From the IMG/VR virus record IMGVR_UViG_3300011223_000001, positions 1-64,000 of that record: 64,000 nt of DNA; one strand, given 5' to 3'. Positions 1 to 7,537 of this stretch are shown here, piece by piece (within the stretch, counting starts at the first letter, position 1; each line of letters begins with the position of its first letter). The notes under the pieces are model-generated. The model was not told where the DNA came from. It did no database searches and was given only the letters and a program-made list of their open reading frames with translations. The DNA is from an uncultured virus (IMG/VR IMGVR_UViG_3300011223_000001) (Duplodnaviria; Heunggongvirae; Uroviricota; Caudoviricetes). Both the position numbers and the translations under genes were made by a program.

Positions 1-1207
1 CGTACTCGATGTGCTCACGGAAGCCCACCAGGTTCTCGGTGATATTCTGGAGGTGCCAGAACGATTCGGTATCGCCGTACTTCTCTTCCATCTGGTTGTA
101 GATCGGGTCGCTACCTTCCCACTTCGAGATGTTCACGCCACCCACAGTTGGACGGTGGAACATCTCGAACCAGCCGGCTTTCTTGAACGGTGACTGCTTG
201 AGGATGTCACGCAGCAGCAGTACCGTCTTGGCTGCTTCGACCACACCTTCAGCATCGAGCGTAGGAACCTTGGCAGTGGCAGGGTCTTTGGACTTGTAGG
301 TCCAGTCCTTGAAGGTCACTTGCAACGGCAGTTCACTCCACTTGTTGTCGTGGAAGTCCTTGATCTTGGCTGGATCTTTCCAGGCATCGCTGTCGAGGAA
401 CGCGATGATCGGCTTGGCCTTGTTCAACAGGCCGGTCAGGATCGGGGTGTTGGAATGCCAGCAGGCCTGAGCCGCTTGGACTATCTTCTTCATTTCGCCT
501 TTCCAATCACCCACCAGCACGCTACCGATGTTGAGGATGGTAGGTTCACCCTTTACCATGCGGCGCTTCGCTACCCAGGCTGGGTTGGCGTAAGTGCGGT
601 TGATGGTATCGGCCCCATGCTGACTGTCGTTGCTGATATCGAACTCGCTGGGTTTCTTACCCTTGGTGGCGTTACGGATGATATCACCCGCGAACTCTAG
701 GAAGCCCTCTTGCGATACGATCTGCTCCATGCTGGTTTTGTCAGCCGTACCAGCCACGGTTTGCGTAAGCCATTCTTCGAGGCTGGATTTCTCTTCCTTG
801 AATTCCGACTTGATCATCGAATTAATGGCGTCTTCCGGAAGGTTTTTATCTTCACCGAACTTACGAATACGTTCGATGTCTTCGCCGATCTCTTTGGGGT
901 CTTTCTCTTCGGTGCTCACTGTGGCGGCCTTATTCAGTTTTTCAATATCTGCCGGCGTGATGAACCGGGCCTTAATGGTCTTACGACCTTCTTTCCATGC
1001 TTTGTACGTGCGGTGAAACCCGTCAAGGGTAACGAGTGTGCCATCAGTGCGACGGGTCACAATGATCGGAAACCCATCGATCACAATACCCGCCAGACGC
1101 TTCTTACTGATGCGGTCATGGGGGTACATCCAGGTGAGTTCGTTGATGTTCACATCGGTAATGGGTTTGGTATCAGCGTACTTAATAAGTTGGTCTACTG
1201 TGTACAT
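1..1207 (-). CDS. Probable internal head protein with N-terminal ParB/Srx-like domain; runs off the left edge (>400 aa)
   Basis: Not in the ORF track. Translated by hand from ATG 1207, which overlaps the upstream TAA: MYTVDQLIKY...PIIVTRRTDGTLVTLDGFHRTYKA...SMEQIVSQEGFLEF...YANPAWV. Paralogous to 1207..2133. Confidence 0.75.
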   Translation of the reverse strand, partial: MYTVDQLIKYADTKPITDVNINELTWMYPHDRISKKRLAGIVIDGFPIIVTRRTDGTLVTLDGFHRTYKAWKEGRKTIKARFITPADIEKLNKAATVSTEEKDPKEIGEDIERIRKFGEDKNLPEDAINSMIKSEFKEEKSSLEEWLTQTVAGTADKTSMEQIVSQEGFLEFAGDIIRNATKGKKPSEFDISNDSQHGADTINRTYANPAWVAKRRMVKGEPTILNIGSVLVGDWKGEMKKIVQAAQACWHSNTPILTGLLNKAKPIIAFLDSDAWKDPAKIKDFHDNKWSELPLQVTFKDWTYKSKDPATAKVPTLDAEGVVEAAKTVLLLRDILKQSPFKKAGWFEMFHRPTVGGVNISKWEGSDPIYNQMEEKYGDTESFWHLQNITENLVGFREHIEY

Positions 1208-2133
1208 TAACGGATACTCCGATCGATCCAGCGACAGGCTGCCAATACCACGTCACCAAAGAAGCGGCGGGTGATGGCAAATTCTTCAGAGCTCCAGTAG
1301 GTGTGCGGCACGTCCAGCCGACGGGACAGTAGTTCCCACTCAGACAACGGTCGTTTAGAGCCTTTAGGTACTTTGGGGTTCTTCGAATGGGAGAGTTGGA
1401 TCAACTCACGGGTAGAGACATCACCCACCACCGCGTAACCTGCCCGGAAGATATCGTCACCGATCTGTACAAGCTCCTCCAGCTTCGCTACAAGCGCTTT
1501 GACGCTAAGCTCTACATCACGCTTGCTCAGCGCTTTAATCTCACGTGGGGTCACTACAGGTGGCTTAATGAGGCTGAACTGCGTGGGGATCTGTCTCTCC
1601 CCCACCGGGAATACCCGAGACGCACGATCAAGGTAGGTCGATGGGTCAGGGATACTCCGCATCCGGGTCAAAGCGACTTTGAGGTTCTCATCGGTAAGCC
1701 CTGTCTTGATCGCACGAACCACAGGACGCATGTTCTCAAAGTAGGTGCTAACGCCTTTTAACCAGGCTTTGTGCACCTCGATGGTAAAGTCAGCCGCTTC
1801 GTTCAGTGTCTTGACCAGAGCCTCGGGGCTGATGTCTTCCAGGTACGCGACGATATCACCACCCTCAACCTTACCGGAGTTCCAACGTTGGTTACCCAGC
1901 CACTGTGGATTACCATACTGACGACTGATCGCAGTGATGGTGGCTTTAAAGTTGTAAGTGTGCTCGAGCTTGACGGGCTTGTAATCATCACCCTTCATTG
2001 ACTTACCCGAACCGAAGAAGAATTCTTTGGCCTTATCGAAGAAACCCTCTTGCGACAACACCAGCTGCTCCATGGGCACCCGGCTGTCACTCTGTAAGGC
2101 GGTGTTCCTACTCAACCAGTTATCAATGTCCAT
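1207..2133 (-). CDS. Probable internal head (virion) protein with S-X-E maturation site
   Basis: 308 aa; MEQLVLSQEGFFDK matches the S/A/G-X-E cleavage motif of phiKZ prohead-protease substrates; AAGGAG RBS upstream. Confidence 0.65.
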   Translation of the reverse strand: MDIDNWLSRNTALQSDSRVPMEQLVLSQEGFFDKAKEFFFGSGKSMKGDDYKPVKLEHTYNFKATITAISRQYGNPQWLGNQRWNSGKVEGGDIVAYLEDISPEALVKTLNEAADFTIEVHKAWLKGVSTYFENMRPVVRAIKTGLTDENLKVALTRMRSIPDPSTYLDRASRVFPVGERQIPTQFSLIKPPVVTPREIKALSKRDVELSVKALVAKLEELVQIGDDIFRAGYAVVGDVSTRELIQLSHSKNPKVPKGSKRPLSEWELLSRRLDVPHTYWSSEEFAITRRFFGDVVLAACRWIDRSIR

Positions 2134-2166
2134 AACCGCTCCTTGACTAAATACAAATGATTAAGA

Positions 2167-2201
2167 CGGCATAAAACCCAGCCCGAAGGCTGGGTTATTT
2201 T
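2167..2201. terminator. CATA-hairpin element downstream of the tRNAs
   Basis: CGGCATAA-AACCCAGC-CCGAAG-GCTGGGTT; reads hairpin-TTTTATGCCG on the minus strand. Confidence 0.7.
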
Positions 2202-2205
2202 AATA

Positions 2206-2282
2206 TGGCTCACCCTCCTGGACTCGAACCAGGGACACCTCGGTTAACAGCCGAGTGCAACTACCAACTGTGCTAAGGGTGA
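2206..2282 (-). tRNA. tRNA-Asn(GTT)
   Basis: Reverse complement TCACCCT...CTCGG-CTGTTAA-CCGAG...GGTTCGAGTCC...AGGGTGAGCCA folds to a cloverleaf; CCA encoded. Confidence 0.95.
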
Positions 2283-2283
2283 A

Positions 2284-2368
2284 TGGTGGGCAGGGAAGGA
2301 TTTGAACCTTCGAAGGCTGAGCCGTCGGATTTACAGTCCGATCCCTTTAACCACTCGGGAACCTACCC
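2284..2368 (-). tRNA. tRNA-Tyr(GTA)
   Basis: Reverse complement GGGTAGG...TCGGA-CTGTAAA-TCCGA, long variable arm, GGTTCAAATCC, CCTGCCCACCA. Confidence 0.95.
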
Positions 2369-2477
2369 ATTTGACAGAAGATGTGCCTCCGTTCTGTCAG
2401 CGGAGGCGTAGGGTGCAGCCGAAGCCACAGTAGACGCCCGCTCTGGCGATCCCGAAGGAAGAAGCCACCAACCCCAC
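2369..2477 (-). ncRNA. Candidate structured RNA (3-way junction plus H-type pseudoknot) in the tRNA leader
   Basis: Hand-folded: GUGGGGU/ACCCUAC closes two C(UUCG)G hairpins; GCCUCCG/CGGAGGC and UGACAGAA/UUCUGUCA interlock. Confidence 0.5.
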
Positions 2478-2524
2478 ATTACGGCAATTACTTCCGTATA
2501 CTATTACACACACTGTAAAACATT

Positions 2525-2557
2525 GCATAAAGCAGGGCGTGGCCCTGCTTTATGTTG
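2525..2557. terminator. CATA-hairpin-TATG element after nrdB
   Basis: GCATAAAGCAGGGC-GTG-GCCCTGCTTTATGT. Confidence 0.75.
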
Positions 2558-2570
2558 ATACTTATTTCGG

Positions 2571-3743
2571 TTAGGCCGCAGCACGACCTGGCAGAGCGTA
2601 CGCCAGGGTATTGCGTGGGCGGTGAAGTTGGAACGGGAACACCAGACCGTTGTCGTCGTGGCGAACCACGTTGACACGATACTGACCATTGTCCTGTTCT
2701 TGTGGGGAGGCTTGGGTAGCCGCCACGTCCAGCCACTTGGTCATGTACTTCAGTGGCATTTCCAACGGCGCCTTGAAGTCCACAGGGCGCTCCAGTACAT
2801 CCAAGGCATCGGCCACGTTGAAGTTGATGTAGCTGCCGATCTCGTCCCAACCTACGTCCGGTACAATCGAACCGGAGTCGCGTTGGAAATTCCGCCAGCG
2901 CATTTCGGAGGCACGGACTTCCAGACCCATCTCATCGATGAGGTTGCGGTTAGCTTTCCAGCAACGACGACCGCGCTCGGTTTTGAGCTCGTTCTCGATG
3001 ACGTACTTGCCAACGTTAACATGGATCTCGGATTCGTCCTGCGCGATGCGCTGCACCGCTTTGCAGATCGGCATGTAATCGCCCGTCTGTGCAATCGCGC
3101 CAGTTACGGCGAAGGAACCCATGAAGTTCACACGCTCCAGCAGGAACAGTGCAACGGTGAACATGAAGGCGCCTTCGTAGGCTTCATCCGAGTTACGGGC
3201 GATGTCGCCCAACGATACACGCAGGCCGATGCGGTAGGACCTGGCCATCACACGGGAGATGGTGTCCATCCGCGCCATGGCTTCTTTCACGCCCAAGACG
3301 TCGTTCAATACATCGTTAGGCGAGTCGAAGCTGTAGCGTACAATTTCGGAATAGGTCGTGGCGTGCAGGTTCTCGTTGGCCACGATCTGGTCCCACACCA
3401 CTTTCAGTGCGGAGTTGGTCACGTAGTGGTTACCCACCGCCATGATGCTGTTCGCGGCGATGGAGTCGCCTTCCCACTGCCAGCCCAAGTTCTGGATCAT
3501 GGCTTGGGCGACGCCTGGGCTCTTGGTTTTGAACTCCAGCAGACACGGACTGAAGTCAAACTCGTTGGTGTCCCAGTCCAGGCCGCGCAGTGAGCGCCAG
3601 AAGTCCCAGAGCTTGGGGTGAGGGTCGTTCACGGTGTCGAGCAGGCCCTTGGGTTCACCCAAGAACAGACGCGTGTCACCGTAATCGCCTTTATGCTGGT
3701 TGAAGATTACATTGTCAAGCGAGGGAACGATTATTTCCGACAT
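2571..3743 (-). CDS. nrdB: Ribonucleotide reductase class Ia beta subunit
   Basis: Di-iron motifs ENLHATTY and QDESEIH; C-terminal SPQE; adjacent to nrdA. Confidence 0.93.
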   Translation of the reverse strand: MSEIIVPSLDNVIFNQHKGDYGDTRLFLGEPKGLLDTVNDPHPKLWDFWRSLRGLDWDTNEFDFSPCLLEFKTKSPGVAQAMIQNLGWQWEGDSIAANSIMAVGNHYVTNSALKVVWDQIVANENLHATTYSEIVRYSFDSPNDVLNDVLGVKEAMARMDTISRVMARSYRIGLRVSLGDIARNSDEAYEGAFMFTVALFLLERVNFMGSFAVTGAIAQTGDYMPICKAVQRIAQDESEIHVNVGKYVIENELKTERGRRCWKANRNLIDEMGLEVRASEMRWRNFQRDSGSIVPDVGWDEIGSYINFNVADALDVLERPVDFKAPLEMPLKYMTKWLDVAATQASPQEQDNGQYRVNVVRHDDNGLVFPFQLHRPRNTLAYALPGRAAA

Positions 3744-3802
3744 GGGTATTCACATTACTTAAAGGAAGAGATAGGCCGGGTGTTACCCCGGCCACCAGCA
3801 AC

Positions 3803-6289
3803 TTAGATCGAGCAGCCACCTGAAGTGCAGACAGGACCAGACATATCCAGGCCGTCATCTTCATCGGCGACATCGCGACGTACCTTGCGGGTCATCACGG
3901 CGGCGAGTGCCTCTTTGTCGGAAGTCTCGCAGTTGGTGTAGTAGACAGACTTACGGCCCATGTAGGCCATGTAGTTGGTCTCTTCGATCAGTTCGCTACT
4001 GGAGATCTTTTCATCGCCTTTGAAGGACTGGTAATCGTCAGCGGAGATCGACATATCGCTGAACTTTTGAACCACGGCGTAAAGATTGGTGAAATCTTTA
4101 CGGGTCATGTCCCAGGCGATGGTGTACCATTCTTTCAGCGTGTCGGCTTCAGGGGCGACCCAGATCATCGAGTTATCGCCGTCAGTCTTGAGGATCGACA
4201 GGTAACGCAGTGGCATCAGGCTGTTGGTCGCGGCCGAGTACTTGGAGCTTGACTCACCCGGCATGTGCGCGATCAGGCTGGAGAAGCGACCACCACCTTG
4301 GGCGATCAGATCCAGCGAGACTTGGTGCCAGTTGTATTGATACTCAAATGGCGCCAGCGTATCGACGTTTTGGTTGTAGGTGTGCAGTGGGGTCCAACCA
4401 CGCGGCCAGTCGGTCTTGTGAATCCACTCGGCATTACCACGCTCTTGACCCAGGCGGATCGACGCACGAATCAAGTGGTAAGCATGGCGCTCAGCCACCC
4501 GGTGGATTTCCATCAGGCCTTCTTGCGAGGTATAGGATAGCTTCTTGCGCGCCATGTGGTGCGCCAAGTCCATGATACCCACACCGGCGTTACGACGTGC
4601 CTGAGCGGTGAGCTTCATGTGTGGCAGGGCGTAATGGTTGTTGTCGATGCAATAGTCGATCATGTACAGAGCGTTGTACGCACACTCGGCGTACTGCTCT
4701 TCAGTTTCGCAGTTGGTCACGATGATTGCGGCCAGGGCACACAGCGAAACTTCAGGTTCACGTCGCGATTCGATCACGCGGGTAACGCGCTGGTAAGTGA
4801 CGCAGCCCTTCTTACGGAACTCCATGCCTTCTTTCAGTTCGATCGCCGCTACAGCGCCGACGATGCCGCGGATCTCGACCGGTTCGTTCGAGTCGAGCAG
4901 CATGCCTTCTTTCTCTTCGGTGTCGAAGGTAATGAAGCCCAGGAACTTCTCTGAGTACAGCTCGGTGAGGTGATCGTAGTAGTGCGTCGGCTGGGTGATC
5001 TCCACACACAGGTTCGACGACAGGATCGGATCGCGGTGCGGGGTGTGGTAGTTGACTTCGTCAATCAACAGCAGGTAGAAGCGACCGGTCTCGAAACCTT
5101 CGGAACGCGCATTGACTACCAGCTTACGCGCCGAGACATAGGTCTTCTCGAAGGACTCGTCAGCCTCGTATTGTTCATACAGACGCACGAACTCATCGAT
5201 CGACTTGCCGTACATCGCAGCGTACAGGTCGGGCGCTGTGAATGCGTTGAAGAGGTAGATCTCTTCGTCTGCCGAGGACTTGGCCAGGAGCCAGTTGTTC
5301 AGCATCATGGTGTAATCGATGCTGCGGTTGCGCTTGTTGATCGGCGTACGTGGGTTCTTGAGCACCATCAGCTCAGCGACTTCTGGATCGTAGGCGCTGA
5401 AGAACTCGTTCAGGCTGCCGCCACGACTGCCTTGCTTGTTCGACTTGACGACACCGGTCTGCTTGCCGTAGTACGGAATCTTACCGGAGTGGATGATCGA
5501 ACCACCACGGATCGGGTCACCCAGGGAACGCACCTGCATGTTCTCGCCAAGACCGGCCGACATGTAGGTCATGACTTCTGCGATAACGGTAGCCGCAGTG
5601 ATGGATTCTTTGGTGTCGCCACACGTGAACAGGCAGCATGAGAAGAAGCCGTTGTGCCCCGTACCCATGTTGTTGTGGTTCGGGGTCGGTGCAGACAGCC
5701 GCTCGTGCGACAGGTCAGAGAACATCGACTCCAGGCGAGCCATACGGGTGATCGGGTCGTGTTGTTCACAGACCACCATCGCCACACGCATCAGTGCGTG
5801 TTGACGGGTTTCGTATACACGCTTGGTGATACGGTTGCGCAGGGCATATTTGTCGCGCCCCTGCTTGAGCTGGTAATGGGCGCAGTGGAAATCGCGCTCA
5901 TGATCAATCCAGGTCTCAATTTGGGCGTATTCTTCGTCAGAGTAGTTCAACGTCACCATGACGTTGGATGCCTGCATGATGTTGTGCACTTCGCGCAGGG
6001 TACGGCGCTTCTTACCACCGAAGACTTCTTTGTGAATGTCTGCGGCGTAGATACGACCTCCCATCAGCTGACCGGCCCAGGTGTCTTCGTTCAGGGCATT
6101 ACGGATCAGGCCGTCGTTGAAGTCCTTCGCTTTGCATCGCTCGGGCATCTGAGCAACGGTTTGGACAACGATCTTTTGCCAGTCGATAAACTTGGCAAAG
6201 CCTTTGGCGCTCCACTTACCCCAGCCAAGGGCTTTGCTGGCATCGAACGGCACTACGGTACCGTCGCGTTTAATGAATTCTCTGATCAT
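3803..6289 (-). CDS. nrdA: Ribonucleotide reductase class Ia alpha subunit
   Basis: N-terminal IKRDG ATP-cone start, PTP, SCC, SNLCVEI, SLCAL, and C-terminal CTSGGC redox pair. Confidence 0.95.
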   Translation of the reverse strand: MIREFIKRDGTVVPFDASKALGWGKWSAKGFAKFIDWQKIVVQTVAQMPERCKAKDFNDGLIRNALNEDTWAGQLMGGRIYAADIHKEVFGGKKRRTLREVHNIMQASNVMVTLNYSDEEYAQIETWIDHERDFHCAHYQLKQGRDKYALRNRITKRVYETRQHALMRVAMVVCEQHDPITRMARLESMFSDLSHERLSAPTPNHNNMGTGHNGFFSCCLFTCGDTKESITAATVIAEVMTYMSAGLGENMQVRSLGDPIRGGSIIHSGKIPYYGKQTGVVKSNKQGSRGGSLNEFFSAYDPEVAELMVLKNPRTPINKRNRSIDYTMMLNNWLLAKSSADEEIYLFNAFTAPDLYAAMYGKSIDEFVRLYEQYEADESFEKTYVSARKLVVNARSEGFETGRFYLLLIDEVNYHTPHRDPILSSNLCVEITQPTHYYDHLTELYSEKFLGFITFDTEEKEGMLLDSNEPVEIRGIVGAVAAIELKEGMEFRKKGCVTYQRVTRVIESRREPEVSLCALAAIIVTNCETEEQYAECAYNALYMIDYCIDNNHYALPHMKLTAQARRNAGVGIMDLAHHMARKKLSYTSQEGLMEIHRVAERHAYHLIRASIRLGQERGNAEWIHKTDWPRGWTPLHTYNQNVDTLAPFEYQYNWHQVSLDLIAQGGGRFSSLIAHMPGESSSKYSAATNSLMPLRYLSILKTDGDNSMIWVAPEADTLKEWYTIAWDMTRKDFTNLYAVVQKFSDMSISADDYQSFKGDEKISSSELIEETNYMAYMGRKSVYYTNCETSDKEALAAVMTRKVRRDVADEDDGLDMSGPVCTSGGCSI

Positions 6290-6527
6290 GGAAGTCTGAT
6301 GCCTATCTGAAGCATTAAGTGTTTTAGTCTTTTCTCAATCACTGGATTGAAATCCAAATTCATAAGAAAAACCCTTTGAGTAAAATTATCACGCGCAGGT
6401 TCCGCTACACTCTTAGAAAGCGAGCCGAACCTTAGAATATTTTTTCGAGCATAGAATAGTTCCATGAGGAAGTTACCAAAATACCCTACCGTATGGGTAG
6501 TATAATTCATTATAAAAGGGTGGGGCG

Positions 6528-7013
6528 ATGGCACAGGTTTGCATGATTGTGGCGGCAAATAAGGAAGGTATTATTGGCAAGGACAACAAGCTGCCCTGGT
6601 ACCTCCCTGAAGACCTTGCGTACTTTAAACGTATCACCATGGGCCACCCGGTAATCATGGGTCGTAAGACCTTTGAATCCATTGGTCGCGTGTTGCCAGG
6701 ACGCCAGAACATAGTCCTGACCAGCCGTAAAGAACCGATCGTCGGTGTCACAGTCATCAACGAACCCATCGTTCCCGCTAATCTTACAGACGAAAAGGTC
6801 TTTATCATCGGTGGTGCGGAGGTTTACAAAGCCTATGAGTCGCAGATCGATCGGATCTATCTGACCGTGGTTGACTTACCGGTAGAGGGCGATGCTTACC
6901 TGCCGTTTGCGATCCAGTCGCCTAAGTGGATGCCGCTTTCCTCCGAGTACCTCACAACCTGTGACGGAACGCGGCTCTGCTTCCAACAGTGGTTCAGGAG
7001 CAAGCATGAGTAG
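6528..7013 (+). CDS. folA: Dihydrofolate reductase
   Basis: IIGKDNKLPWYLPEDL, MGRKTFESIGR-LPGRQNIVLT, IIGGAEVY, GDAY. Confidence 0.97.
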   Translation: MAQVCMIVAANKEGIIGKDNKLPWYLPEDLAYFKRITMGHPVIMGRKTFESIGRVLPGRQNIVLTSRKEPIVGVTVINEPIVPANLTDEKVFIIGGAEVYKAYESQIDRIYLTVVDLPVEGDAYLPFAIQSPKWMPLSSEYLTTCDGTRLCFQQWFRSKHE

Positions 7014-7497
7014 TTTCACCAAAGCCCACGCGGCAATTGTTTACGACCCACTGGCATCCCGGGAGTTGGGTAAAGACCACTGGCGCAACCTTGGGATGTT
7101 TCGTTATTACATCGGCGAGAAGAACAGCGACGAGTGGGTGACGGTCAATGCAGGTGCGCTTTCGGATGGGGCGTCAGTACCGTTCCCCTGTAACGCCCTC
7201 ATACCTGCTTGGGGCTCTTACTCCCAAGCAGTGCTGCTGCATGATGTGTTGTGCAACACGTACTACAAATTCAAAATGATCGGTGGTGTGGCCCAACAGG
7301 TCCCAATCACCCGCACTGAGATCGATGCCATCTTGGCAGAGGCCATGGCGGTGCTGAATGTTCACCCAGCACGTCGTAACCTGATCAATGCCGGTGTTTC
7401 ACTGTACCGTTGGTTACGTAATCCTAAACGTCCGGTACCCAACCCAGCACGCGTTCGTTTGGAAGCCATGTACGACCCAACCGACTTTGACTACTGA
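7006..7497 (+). CDS. DUF1353-like phage protein
   Basis: SDGASVP...AVLLHD motif; probable start MSSFT at 7006, overlapping the DHFR stop. Confidence 0.7.
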   Translation: MSSFTKAHAAIVYDPLASRELGKDHWRNLGMFRYYIGEKNSDEWVTVNAGALSDGASVPFPCNALIPAWGSYSQAVLLHDVLCNTYYKFKMIGGVAQQVPITRTEIDAILAEAMAVLNVHPARRNLINAGVSLYRWLRNPKRPVPNPARVRLEAMYDPTDFDY

Positions 7498-7536
7498 CGA
7501 CATAAAGCCCCTCCCCAACGGGAGGGGCTTATGCCG
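7498..7536. terminator. Bidirectional CATA-hairpin-TATG element
   Basis: CGACATAAAGCCCCTCCC-CAAC-GGGAGGGGCTTATGCCG between convergent genes. Confidence 0.8.
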
Positions 7537-7537
7537 C

